NCBI GenBank assembly: GCA_965231135.1
Contig: OZ246419.1
Span: 8,411-72,410, forward strand
DNA: 64,000 nucleotides
Direction of reading: 5' to 3'
From: an uncultured Gammaproteobacteria bacterium
GTDB taxonomy: Bacteria; Patescibacteriota; Microgenomatia; UBA8517
Below, one piece after another: positions 20,241-29,238 of this stretch (position 1 is the first letter of the stretch; each line of letters starts with the position of its first letter). The notes beneath the pieces were generated by a model that saw only the letters and a list, made by a program, of their open reading frames with translations, ran no database searches and was not told the origin of the DNA. A program made the translations under genes and the position numbers.

Positions 20241-20437
20241 TATTTTTGATAATAACGAGTGAAGAAAATATATGCAATAGCAACGACACCGAGAAAAACG
20301 AGACCAAAAATAATATTAATTAAACCACTATTATCTTCTGTTGTGATTTTGTGAACTCCTTCACCAATCATTGTTAGACCAAAAAGACCTGGCAAAACTA
20401 AAATCATGAATAAAAATTGCGGATCACTTATTGGCAT
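20240..20437 (-). CDS. small two-TM membrane protein (hypothetical)
   Basis: Overlaps the Fic stop by 14 nt and the ligase start by 1 nt, which suggests an operon member. Confidence 0.4.
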   Translation of the reverse strand: MPISDPQFLFMILVLPGLFGLTMIGEGVHKITTEDNSGLINIIFGLVFLGVVAIAYIFFTRYYQK

Positions 20438-21491
20438 TTATAATTACATAACGGGCAGATTTTGTTTGCCCTTCCTTTTTAATAATACCTTTTTTAATCA
20501 AATCTGTAAGATCTCTTAAAACTGTATCTTCTGAGACAAAATTCAAAACGCTTTTTAATTCTTTCATACCAGCGCTTTCTTCATCAGATAAAAATTCTAC
20601 TAATTTCATTTGCCTTTCAGAAAGGGCAACTTGATTGCCGATTTTTGTTTTTAGACGAGTGTCAACAGACAATTTTCTGACTCTTTCTTTTATTTTTGCA
20701 AGCTCGCTTGCAACAACCAAAGTAAAATATTCAAGCCAAGGAGTCAGATCTCTTAATCCCAAATTTTCATTTGCAGAGTCTACTTTACCAAGCGCCTCAT
20801 AATAAGCTCCCAAATCGTTATCAAAATGTTCTTCAAGAGCGAAAAAGCGCCTGATATCATAACCTTCTTTCAGCATGACAAGAGTTGTGAAAGCGCGAAC
20901 AGTACGACCATTTCCTTCAACATAAGGATGTATGGAAACTAAAACATAATGAGTGATACCAGCTCTGATTATTGGATGAATATCTTTTGCATCTGCCGAA
21001 TTAAGCCATTCAAAAAAATCTTCTAAAAGATAAGGAACTTCGATGAAATTGGGAGGAGAAAAAATAATCTTTCCAGTTCCCTCTTCTTTGATAACAACTT
21101 GAGTATTTCGAAGATGGCCAACTTTTGATGGATCAATTAATTTATCAACTGTGCTTTGGTGAATTAAATTTAATTCGGCTGTGTCGTATTTTTCTCTTTC
21201 TGATAACTGCCCCAAAAGATTTACAACGTTTCTGTAATTAATAACTTCCTGAATATCGCGGTCACGGGCATATACTTCTTCTCCTTCCAAAACTTTTTTG
21301 GTTTGGATCATAGTAAGATCATTTCCTTCAATATGAGTTCCGTGATAAACAGTGCGAACTAAAGCATCTGATTGAAATTGTTTTTCGAATGAAGGAACTA
21401 AGGGTGCGTTTTCGATAACTTCTTTGGAAGCTTCAGCTGCTGAAATATTTTTTAGAATTTTGTTTGAAATCGCAAATTTTGGAGAATACAT
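20424..21491 (-). CDS. Fic family protein (putative AMPylase) with a C-terminal wHTH
   Basis: Carries the Fic motif HPYVEGNGRTVRAF, which matches the HPFx[DE]GNGR consensus. Its N-terminal region has THIEGN, which resembles the class II inhibitory helix. Confidence 0.85.
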   Translation of the reverse strand: MYSPKFAISNKILKNISAAEASKEVIENAPLVPSFEKQFQSDALVRTVYHGTHIEGNDLTMIQTKKVLEGEEVYARDRDIQEVINYRNVVNLLGQLSEREKYDTAELNLIHQSTVDKLIDPSKVGHLRNTQVVIKEEGTGKIIFSPPNFIEVPYLLEDFFEWLNSADAKDIHPIIRAGITHYVLVSIHPYVEGNGRTVRAFTTLVMLKEGYDIRRFFALEEHFDNDLGAYYEALGKVDSANENLGLRDLTPWLEYFTLVVASELAKIKERVRKLSVDTRLKTKIGNQVALSERQMKLVEFLSDEESAGMKELKSVLNFVSEDTVLRDLTDLIKKGIIKKEGQTKSARYVIINANK

Positions 21492-21554
21492 AAATTATGA
21501 ACTTGTTCACAAGCTATGCTTATTTTAACCGCAAAGAATGCGGGAAACAAGAAG

Positions 21555-21809
21555 TTATTTTTCTTGAAGTATTGTCTTGTGGAATGGACTTCCCATGGTT
21601 GTTATTGCATATCTTATGCCAGGATATCTGTTAACATTTCTGCCTAGAAACCCCATATAACAATAGTCAGGATGTTCTTCTGAAGATCTTCCAACTTCAA
21701 ACATGTGTTTAATTATTAATGTTTGTTCTTGTTTTGTTAATGATTCCAGATTTAATAAATCGTGAGTGCCTTGTTCTTCTTGATAAATACAAATACATTT
21801 TTCTTGCAT
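21555..21809 (-). CDS. hypothetical protein
   Basis: Rests on the ORF alone. Confidence 0.4.
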   Translation of the reverse strand: MQEKCICIYQEEQGTHDLLNLESLTKQEQTLIIKHMFEVGRSSEEHPDYCYMGFLGRNVNRYPGIRYAITTMGSPFHKTILQEK

Positions 21810-21826
21810 AGAAATAGTATTTTATC

Positions 21827-22678
21827 TTAATTTATTAATTTATTCAAAGCTTCTGGGATTTTAGAGGCGAGATCATCTGAGTTGTAATAAAACCCAACTT
21901 TCTTTTGCAATTCGTCGGCTGTGTATTTAATGATAAAACTTCCAGCACATGCACTTAAAACAGGATCGTTTTTGGCAAGCAAAGCTACTGTTAAACCAGC
22001 CTGAGTATCTCCTGTTCCGCCTTTGGTTAGACCAGCATTCCCGCCATGAATTTCAAAAACTTCGTCTTTGGAAAAAACAAAAGTCACCGGGCCTTTAACA
22101 ACAATAATGCAGTTATATTCTTTGGCTTTTTTACTTGCGACATCATGAGAAAATTCGGCGCCAAATAATAATTTAAATTCTTTTTTATTAGGGGTGAGAA
22201 TTGCATTTTCTGGAATAACATCAGGAGTTATTGTTTGCAGACTGCCGGCATCAATGACCCATTTTTTATTGGGGAATTTTTTAAGTAAAGATTCTGTGAT
22301 TTTTTTTGTTTCCATACAAACTTCATCGCAGATTTCGAATCGTTTATCATAGGGAGTTTTTTCGCTGTGGTAACGCATAAAACCAGGACCAATTAAAATA
22401 GCATCTGATTTTTCTACATAGCTTTCTACCTCGTTCCAAGGAACCCAAATGAAGGAAAATAATTTACTTTTTAAGCTTTCTGCAATCATGCCAACACTTT
22501 TTTCAGGAGATGAAAAGAAGACCATGTCAACAATTCGAGAAGCTACAATTAAGCCAAAAAGCGGAGCACCATGGAAGAGCGAGGATCCACCTATGATTGT
22601 TACCTGACCGTTATCTTCCCCACTACTGTCCTTGTGCGGGAAATATAGTTTTTTAAGCTGAGCTTTGTCGAAAATCAT
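21827..22678 (-). CDS. ADP-dependent NAD(P)H-hydrate dehydratase (YjeF C-terminal/Nnr family)
   Basis: Shows GGSSLFHGAPLF and GGTGDTQAGL, which are carbohydrate-kinase-like YjeF_C signatures. Confidence 0.8.
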   Translation of the reverse strand: MIFDKAQLKKLYFPHKDSSGEDNGQVTIIGGSSLFHGAPLFGLIVASRIVDMVFFSSPEKSVGMIAESLKSKLFSFIWVPWNEVESYVEKSDAILIGPGFMRYHSEKTPYDKRFEICDEVCMETKKITESLLKKFPNKKWVIDAGSLQTITPDVIPENAILTPNKKEFKLLFGAEFSHDVASKKAKEYNCIIVVKGPVTFVFSKDEVFEIHGGNAGLTKGGTGDTQAGLTVALLAKNDPVLSACAGSFIIKYTADELQKKVGFYYNSDDLASKIPEALNKLIN

Positions 22679-22708
22679 ATATCAACTATACTATACATAT
22701 TCTTAAAT

Positions 22709-22966
22709 ATGGCTGACAAGGAAACACAGAAAGAAAAGAATTTGCGAGAACAGACAGTTGAGCAAATGCTAACTCTTATAACCAGCGCTTTTGGGCTTGT
22801 TGCAGCACTTGCATGGAACCAAGTTATACAAGAAATAATTACTGACTATGTAAAACCATTTTTTGGTAAGGATTCAGGCTTAATCAGCCTGCTTATTTAT
22901 GCAGTAATTGTGACGGTATTTGCAGTACTTGTTACCTATTTTGTGGCAAGACTGAAGAAAGATTAA
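22709..22966 (+). CDS. small membrane protein (hypothetical)
   Basis: Two predicted TM helices. Confidence 0.45.
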   Translation: MADKETQKEKNLREQTVEQMLTLITSAFGLVAALAWNQVIQEIITDYVKPFFGKDSGLISLLIYAVIVTVFAVLVTYFVARLKKD

Positions 22967-23142
22967 TACTTATCTGGGTCTTCAAACCAAACAGGCGTTG
23001 GTGTTGGATGTTTTAAATAATCAGGCTTCTCGTTGGAAACTTGTTTGGATGGGTTTTTTAATTTTTCTGTTTTATTGAGTCGAGCAGCTTCTTGAAAACC
23101 TGGAGCAATTTGTTTAATAATACCTTCTTTTATTTCAGGCAT
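22963..23142 (-). CDS. hypothetical 59-aa protein downstream of recF (not in ORF track)
   Basis: Starts with an ATG 8 nt after the recF stop (MPEIKEGIIKQIAPGF...); its RBS is weak. Confidence 0.25.
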   Translation of the reverse strand: MPEIKEGIIKQIAPGFQEAARLNKTEKLKNPSKQVSNEKPDYLKHPTPTPVWFEDPDKY

Positions 23143-23150
23143 TTAATGAA

Positions 23151-24161
23151 TTATATTCCTAACTCTATTTTTTCGTCAACTTTGAAGTTTTCTAAAAATT
23201 CCGGGTCTGCAGTTGTAATAATAGTTTGTTGATTTTTGGTTACATTAAAAACAATTTCTCTGTGGAATTCATCTAATTCTGAGAAGATATCATCTAATAA
23301 AAGAGTTGGCTTTTTATTTGTTTTGTTAAAAATAAACTCTAACTCCGACAATTTGATCCACAAAATTCCCATTCTTTGCTCTCCTCTGCTTCCAAAAGAA
23401 CTTAAATTTTTTCCTTTATATTGAAAAATAAAATCATCTCTATGGGGGCCAACTAAAGTTGTAGCGGATGCTATTTCAGCTATTTCGTAGTCGCTTAATC
23501 TTTTTTCGCTAATTACACTTTTATCGTATGTAATTTTATATTCACCACTTAAAGAATTATTTTCATTTATAAAATTAATAAAATTTTCTCTTGACATACT
23601 TATATAATCTCCAGCTTTTATTAAAAGTTGATTCCAAAAAAGTAATTGAGATGAAGGCAAATGCTCTTCGCGAATTCTAAATAATAATTTATTTCTTGAT
23701 CGCAAACCTTTTTCATAAGACAATAATTGTCTGCGATATTCTCTATCAACTTGCGACAATGCATTATCCAAAAATTTTCTTCTTAAAGAAGGAGAGGAAG
23801 TAACTAAATCTAAATCAGAAGGAGCAAATAAAACTGTTTTTAAATTACCTGCAAAATCAACCATTCGTTTATTAACTGCGTTTACTAAAAACTTTTTGTG
23901 AGATATTTTACTTAAAATAACTTCTAATTTTGCATTATCAGACAACAGCCCCTTTATCCTTGCGAAGTCTTTTTTTTCTTTAATTATTTCATTTTCTAAA
24001 TTGGATTTGAAAGATTTACCAATAGAAAGCATAAAAATACTTTCTAAAAGATTTGTTTTACCTGCTGCATTTGGGCCAACAATAACTGTTGTGTCTTTTG
24101 CAAACGTAAAAACATCATCAGGAAGATTTCTAAAATTTTGAAGACGGACTTTTTGGATCAT
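23151..24161 (-). CDS. recF: DNA replication and repair protein RecF
   Basis: Carries Walker A VGPNAAGKTNLLESI and the ABC-like signature and D-loop regions. I moved the start to the internal ATG (MIQKVRLQNF...), which forms an ATGA overlap with the stop of the upstream membrane-protein gene. The listed 23-aa Cys-rich N-terminal extension is probably not translated. Confidence 0.85.
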   Translation of the reverse strand: MIQKVRLQNFRNLPDDVFTFAKDTTVIVGPNAAGKTNLLESIFMLSIGKSFKSNLENEIIKEKKDFARIKGLLSDNAKLEVILSKISHKKFLVNAVNKRMVDFAGNLKTVLFAPSDLDLVTSSPSLRRKFLDNALSQVDREYRRQLLSYEKGLRSRNKLLFRIREEHLPSSQLLFWNQLLIKAGDYISMSRENFINFINENNSLSGEYKITYDKSVISEKRLSDYEIAEIASATTLVGPHRDDFIFQYKGKNLSSFGSRGEQRMGILWIKLSELEFIFNKTNKKPTLLLDDIFSELDEFHREIVFNVTKNQQTIITTADPEFLENFKVDEKIELGI

Positions 24162-24592
24162 ACTAAACGTATTACCAAATGCAGTACACCGCGCGCAAGT
24201 GCAAGAGCAACGAAAGAAGATGTGGCGCAAATGAAAATAACTAATAAATATTTATATTTAAAATCTTTTAAAATTAAATGGGAAGTTAAACTTGCAAAAA
24301 GCGGGCCACCAATATAACCAATAAGAATTGTTGCTGTAACTGCTCCAAATTTTATAAATTTATCCAGAAATTTTTGTTCTGCAGATTTTTTCTTGTTTTT
24401 AATAATTTTTACAAACGAGAAAAGGTTTTCGTGTTCAAAAAAATAAAGCCATAAAAATCCAAAAAAAGAAGCTGAGGAGACTTCAATTAAGAAAGCTGCT
24501 GGAGTGTTTGGAAATAAAACCATTGCAATAAATAAGCTTCTAGTAAAAACAACATAAATTATTAAAACAATTAAAGCTTTTATGTATTGCAT
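24158..24592 (-). CDS. hypothetical 4-TM membrane protein
   Basis: Translationally coupled at both ends: TAATG with fpg and ATGA with recF. Confidence 0.5.
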   Translation of the reverse strand: MQYIKALIVLIIYVVFTRSLFIAMVLFPNTPAAFLIEVSSASFFGFLWLYFFEHENLFSFVKIIKNKKKSAEQKFLDKFIKFGAVTATILIGYIGGPLFASLTSHLILKDFKYKYLLVIFICATSSFVALALARGVLHLVIRLV

Positions 24593-25461
24593 TAAAATAG
24601 TTTACTTTCTTTTGTTTCGGGCTGACAATATGGACAATAATAAGTACCGCGGCCGCCAAGCATTATTTTGATTATCTTCTCTTTTTTACAGACAGGACAT
24701 AAAATACCTTGTTTTCCATAAACCAAGGTGTGACGCTGATATCCTCCTTCTCCACCGTCTGGAGTTACAAAAGTATTTTCTGAAGAACCACCGTGTTTCA
24801 TTCCCTCGTTTAAAACTTCATGAATAGCATCAAAAAGTTTTTTAGTTTCATTTTCGTTTAAAGAGTTTGCAGGACGAGCAGGATTTATTTTTGATAAATA
24901 AAGAGCATCGTTTGCATAAATATTTCCAACCCCTGCAACTTTGCTTTGGTCCATAATTACGACTTTTACTGGACGACGAGTTTTTGATAAGACATTTTTG
25001 AAATATTCTAAGGTTAAATTTTTAAAAGGCTCTGGACCCATTTTGCCCACTAAATCAGTTTTTTCAACATCTTTTGTGTCGACAATTTTAAACCAACCAA
25101 ATTTTCGAAAATCATTGTAATAAATTTTCCCATCGTTATCTAAAGTAAAAATTACATGAGTATGAGGGCCGCCAAGACCTCCAGAAATTTTTGGAGATAA
25201 TAATGGCTTTTTTAAATTCGGACCTCTATAAATAACTTGGCCGGTCATTTTGACATGAATCATTAAAGATTTATTGTTATCAAGATCCAATACTGTGACT
25301 TTGCCAAAACGCCTTGCTTTAATAAATTTTGCGCCAATGATTTCTTTTTCATCTCCTTGAAAAATTCTTCTATCTTTAACTTCTAAGGAAATAATTTTGT
25401 GTCCTAATAAAAACTTTTCTAATTGTAAACGAATTGATTCAACTTCTGGAAGCTCTGGCAT
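24592..25461 (-). CDS. mutM: formamidopyrimidine-DNA glycosylase (Fpg/MutM, Fpg/Nei family)
   Basis: Has the N-terminal MPELPEVE (catalytic Pro2/Glu3), an H2TH region and a C-terminal zinc finger CPVC...CPYC. Confidence 0.9.
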   Translation of the reverse strand: MPELPEVESIRLQLEKFLLGHKIISLEVKDRRIFQGDEKEIIGAKFIKARRFGKVTVLDLDNNKSLMIHVKMTGQVIYRGPNLKKPLLSPKISGGLGGPHTHVIFTLDNDGKIYYNDFRKFGWFKIVDTKDVEKTDLVGKMGPEPFKNLTLEYFKNVLSKTRRPVKVVIMDQSKVAGVGNIYANDALYLSKINPARPANSLNENETKKLFDAIHEVLNEGMKHGGSSENTFVTPDGGEGGYQRHTLVYGKQGILCPVCKKEKIIKIMLGGRGTYYCPYCQPETKESKLF

Positions 25462-25685
25462 AGTTGCATTATAACAAAAATTTTCATATTATAATTTTGT
25501 GGTAACTAAAGAAAGGAGATATCATCCGGAGGCGTTGGGTAGCGGTATTGGTTTGATGGTGGGATCGTTTGAACGAGTAATTGTAAATATAAATCTATTT
25601 GGACCTTTATTTTTTTCTGGGTTAATAATAACAGCAACAACTTTTATTATCGATGGGACGAGATTTGTTGATTCTACCAAAAAAG

Positions 25686-26858
25686 TTAAGTAACTTTTTT
25701 AATAAAGCTTCTAATTTTTTGTTTGAATTTTTCTTTTGAAAACTTCTTGGCATTATCTTGAATTGTTTTTTTATTCCATTTTATTTTTTCAAATTTCGAA
25801 ATTGCTTTTGATAAACTATCAATTGTTAACTCATCAAAGAAAATTCCAGTTTTATTTTCGATAACACTTTCCAAATAACCACCTCCACGATATGCAATTA
25901 CAGGAGTTCCTGTGATTTGAGATTCAATTGCAGTGATTCCAAAATCCTCGTCTTTTTGGGCAACAATAAATCCTGATGCACCTGCATATAAATCATATAA
26001 ATTTTTGTCGTCTACTTTCCCTAAAAATTCTACCAACGAAGTTGCGCGAGCTTTGCTCATATTTTTATTGGCAAGACTTTTTAATTCATTGTCTAAAATC
26101 CCGGTACCAAAGATTTTTAATTTAACATTTGCTTTCATACAAGCTTTGATTATTAAATCAAAATTTTTAGCAGCGACCAATCTTCCTCCAGCTAGGAAAT
26201 ATCTCTCGTTCGAATCGTAAAAACTCGCTCCTTCGGACTTCGTGGCCAGTCGACTCGTTTTTACTGGATTCTCACTTTGCAATTCCACTGGCGGATAAAT
26301 TACTACAGAATCTTTGTGATAAAAATCCTGGATGCGATTTGCTACATTTTTGGAATTGGCTATAAAATAGTCTACTTTTTGAGACATTTTGGAGTCATAA
26401 TTTCTTAAAAATTCATTCACAAAACCTGCATATATTTTTATTAACGGTCCGTACCATTTATTTTTCCAAGATCTCGAAGTATCAAAACCATAAATATATC
26501 TAGGAGGAGTATGACAATAGCAAATTTCTATTTGATTATCTTTTGTTTTAAAACCACGAGTAATTGCCCAGGCGGAACTATCGATAATTAAATCGTAATC
26601 GCTTAAATCAAATTCTTTCCAAATAATTGGTAAGCAAAAGCGAAGAGGAGAAATTAAAATGTCTGCAAAAGGAAGATTTCCAAACCAACTTTGGATAATT
26701 TTTATGTTTTTAAAATCTTCTTTAAATTTTCCTAATTTGTCTGGTCTGTAAATAGAAACATATACCGGCGCATCAGGATAAATTTCATGGAGAGCTAAAA
26801 GAACGCGCTCTGCGCCGCCGAAATCTATTAAATAATCATGGACAATAGCTACTTTCAT
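25686..26858 (-). CDS. glycosyltransferase family 4 (GT-B)
   Basis: Shows the GT4 C-terminal domain motifs (GGRLVAAKNFDL, EDFGITAIESQITGTPVIA). It contains an in-frame GC-rich insertion. Confidence 0.85.
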   Translation of the reverse strand: MKVAIVHDYLIDFGGAERVLLALHEIYPDAPVYVSIYRPDKLGKFKEDFKNIKIIQSWFGNLPFADILISPLRFCLPIIWKEFDLSDYDLIIDSSAWAITRGFKTKDNQIEICYCHTPPRYIYGFDTSRSWKNKWYGPLIKIYAGFVNEFLRNYDSKMSQKVDYFIANSKNVANRIQDFYHKDSVVIYPPVELQSENPVKTSRLATKSEGASFYDSNERYFLAGGRLVAAKNFDLIIKACMKANVKLKIFGTGILDNELKSLANKNMSKARATSLVEFLGKVDDKNLYDLYAGASGFIVAQKDEDFGITAIESQITGTPVIAYRGGGYLESVIENKTGIFFDELTIDSLSKAISKFEKIKWNKKTIQDNAKKFSKEKFKQKIRSFIKKVT

Positions 26859-26882
26859 ATTAACTATTATATCTTTTATATT

Positions 26883-26911
26883 TGACTTCTAAAAATAGAA
26901 ATTATATAAGC
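26883..26911 (+). promoter_or_regulatory. sigma70-like promoter TTGACT-17-TATAAG upstream of ORF 26914
   Basis: Read directly. Confidence 0.35.
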
Positions 26912-26913
26912 AA

Positions 26914-27267
26914 TTGATGCCGGAAAATATTGGGGTTGGTTATTCATTTGAAGTAAACGGAGAAATTACAAAACAACATGAAACCGGCGACGTTTTGTTC
27001 TTTTTTGTCCCGGGGAACTGGCATTTTTTGAATGACATTAAAACATTAAACGAAAGTGAGATTTTTGAGATTGAATACAAACTAAAAGAACAGGAAAGAA
27101 CGAAATTGAGCAGACAAATTGTTGAAGAGAAAGGTTTTAATAAACATTTTTTATTTTCTTATATGGCAGAAACCGGATGTTATTTTGCATATATAAAAAG
27201 CTGGCCTGCTTTGGAGGAATATAATGCTGGAATTTATGCTTATAAAAAGATAGGCGAATTTAAATAA
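26914..27267 (+). CDS. hypothetical protein
   Basis: Rests on the ORF alone. Confidence 0.4.
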   Translation: MMPENIGVGYSFEVNGEITKQHETGDVLFFFVPGNWHFLNDIKTLNESEIFEIEYKLKEQERTKLSRQIVEEKGFNKHFLFSYMAETGCYFAYIKSWPALEEYNAGIYAYKKIGEFK

Positions 27268-28141
27268 GAGGAAGTTGTTTAACACGAGCGGTTAAAGTTT
27301 TAAAACCAATTTCGGCAAATTCATCTAGGACTTTTTGACTATTTAAACTCCATTTCCCGGAATCTTCTAAATTAAAAGTTATTGGGACATCAACCATAAT
27401 AGTTGCTAAGTTTTTAGACATTACAGCGGACTCGGCACCAAGAGCTAATTTTTTGGAAATTTTCTCGGGAATATTTGAAATGTCTTTGTAGATATCTTCA
27501 AGAGTTTTATATTGCCTTAATAACTTTGTTGCTGTCCCCGGGCCTATTCCTGGGACTCCGGGATAATTGTCTGATGAATCCCCTGCAAGACCTTTGTAAT
27601 CAATAATTTGTGAAGCTTTGACACCCATCCTGTCAAAAACTTCTTTTTCATTATAAAGCTTTGCTTTATTTATTCCCTGGACTGGCATGTAAACTTGAAC
27701 TTTATTTTTATCATTTACTAATTGCAAAATATCACGATCACCTGTAACGATTACAACTTCGTCGACCAAACCAACGCATTGGTGAACAATTGTGCCGATG
27801 CAATCGTCTGCCTCATAACGCTCTTTTTTGTAAATTGGAATATTCATCGCTTTTAAAACTTTATAAGTTAACTCGAATTGACTTGATAAATCTGATTGAA
27901 GGCGAGGACGAGTTGCTTGATAACCGACATATTGAGCTTTTCTCAAGGTTTCAACCGGCGTATCAAAACAAACTGCAATGTGAGTTGGATTTTGAGCTGT
28001 TACTAAATTAATCAAAATCGCTACAAAGCCGTAAACAGCATTAACCGGCTCACCTCTCTTACTTTTTAAATTTGAAGGAAGAGCGTGAAAGGCACGGTGC
28101 AAAATTGCATTGCCATCAATGAGAATCAGTTTTGTCTGCAT
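27260..28141 (-). CDS. 5'-3' exonuclease (standalone Pol I N-terminal/FEN-like domain)
   Basis: Has LILIDGNAILHRAFHALP, a run of acidic metal-binding residues and an H3TH region; 293 aa. Confidence 0.85.
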   Translation of the reverse strand: MQTKLILIDGNAILHRAFHALPSNLKSKRGEPVNAVYGFVAILINLVTAQNPTHIAVCFDTPVETLRKAQYVGYQATRPRLQSDLSSQFELTYKVLKAMNIPIYKKERYEADDCIGTIVHQCVGLVDEVVIVTGDRDILQLVNDKNKVQVYMPVQGINKAKLYNEKEVFDRMGVKASQIIDYKGLAGDSSDNYPGVPGIGPGTATKLLRQYKTLEDIYKDISNIPEKISKKLALGAESAVMSKNLATIMVDVPITFNLEDSGKWSLNSQKVLDEFAEIGFKTLTARVKQLPLI

Positions 28142-28352
28142 TATCTTCTGATTCTAATTGTTTTATTTCTGTATTTAAAGACTCAACAAAACTTTCATAA
28201 ACTTTGATTTGAGCGTACTTAATTTCAGATGCTGAATCTTCATGGTGCACTCCCCTAAAGTTTTTATGCAAAATTTCAAGATGAGCAATAATTTCATCAC
28301 GTTTAGTGTGAAGTTCTTTTAATTTTTCTGGTTTGGATTTTTGATCTTTCAT
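28116..28352 (-). CDS. hypothetical small protein
   Basis: Charged, probably coiled-coil ORF that overlaps the exonuclease start. Confidence 0.3.
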   Translation of the reverse strand: MKDQKSKPEKLKELHTKRDEIIAHLEILHKNFRGVHHEDSASEIKYAQIKVYESFVESLNTEIKQLESEDNADKTDSH

Positions 28353-28354
28353 AT

Positions 28355-28429
28355 TGGTGGGCCCTGATGGAGTCGGACCATCCTTTGGTCTTTATAAGAG
28401 ACCCGTCCTAGCCGATGAACGAAGGGCCC
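28355..28429 (-). tRNA. tRNA-Ile (anticodon TAT/UAU), CCA encoded
   Basis: I folded it by eye. Acceptor GGGCCCT/AGGGCCC with discriminator A and an encoded CCA. T8 and A14 are present, the D-stem is GTTC/GGAC with GG in the D-loop, and the anticodon stem is GGTCT/AGACC. The anticodon loop is CTTATAA (U33, anticodon TAT, A37). The T-arm is GATGG-TCCGACT-CCATC. It is not in the ORF track, and coordinates carry ±1 uncertainty. Confidence 0.8.
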
Positions 28430-28446
28430 AAACTGAAGCTATTATA

Positions 28447-28797
28447 TCATTTCATTACTTCTTTTACTCGAAATTCTGTAATTTGTTTTACTAAATCCCA
28501 AGGGATTTCTTTGTTTACTGGAAACTGAATTGTGCCTTTTGAAGTTTTATAATTTTTTAATTCTTTTTGGAAGTGGGAAACACCTGATGAAGTTGGGAAA
28601 AAACTGTAATGATCAGGAAAGCTTGCAAAATGAACCAAATTTTTGCCATTTAATTTGAAAGTTGGGACTCCATAATTAATTGACTCGGTTGCATTTGGTG
28701 CAATGTCATGAATTGTTTTACGAAATTTATTTAAAATTTCTTGAACTTCTTTTGGATAATAAGCGATATATTCGTCAATTGTTTTTACATTTTTCAT
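28447..28797 (-). CDS. DUF1801 domain protein (YdhG-like)
   Basis: Shows IDEYIAYYPKEVQEILNKFRKTIHDIAP and NYGVPTFKLNGKNLVHFASF. Confidence 0.65.
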   Translation of the reverse strand: MKNVKTIDEYIAYYPKEVQEILNKFRKTIHDIAPNATESINYGVPTFKLNGKNLVHFASFPDHYSFFPTSSGVSHFQKELKNYKTSKGTIQFPVNKEIPWDLVKQITEFRVKEVMK

Positions 28798-28808
28798 AAT
28801 TCAAAGGT

Positions 28809-28832
28809 CATTTGATATAATCATATCAAATG
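28809..28832. promoter_or_regulatory. perfect 10-4-10 palindrome CATTTGATAT-AATC-ATATCAAATG in the 32-nt divergent intergenic region; its right arm includes the start codon at 28830
   Basis: Read directly; this is a candidate operator for the divergent DUF1801 gene and ORF 28830. Confidence 0.3.
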
Positions 28833-29237
28833 ACAGACTATCGAGACGCAGTTGAGAGAGCTCTAGCTAAAGAAAAAGGGCAAAACATTTTTGCAAAAAA
28901 TGGTCAATGGTCTTTATCTAAACCAACAGAATATCACCCAACTGTTTCTGTTAATTGTAATTTTACAGAAGGAATTTATCCTGGAGGGATTAACATTGAA
29001 ACACCTAATTTAGAACAAGCACAGAGATTATTTAATCACAATCGGTCTAAATTGGCAGAAGCTTTTAGCATGCTTAGTTTAAATCCAATGCGCCCTCCAA
29101 ATATTGAAGAAACTGATTGGAAGTTTGAATATGATGATCATAATGAACATCCTGAATATAAATATAATGCAGTTCGCGGAACACTTAATGGTTTATTTGG
29201 AGAAGAAATTAAGTTTTCAATGACGAAACAATATTAG
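28830..29237 (+). CDS. hypothetical protein
   Basis: Rests on the ORF alone. Confidence 0.4.
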   Translation: MTDYRDAVERALAKEKGQNIFAKNGQWSLSKPTEYHPTVSVNCNFTEGIYPGGINIETPNLEQAQRLFNHNRSKLAEAFSMLSLNPMRPPNIEETDWKFEYDDHNEHPEYKYNAVRGTLNGLFGEEIKFSMTKQY

Positions 29238-29238
29238 T

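Noticed and set aside
25499-25693. 64-aa ORF and moderately GC-rich stretch upstream of fpg
   Set aside because: No RBS, no motif, and no tRNA or known ncRNA fold that I could find. It is probably the fpg 5' UTR/promoter region; a structured leader is not excluded.
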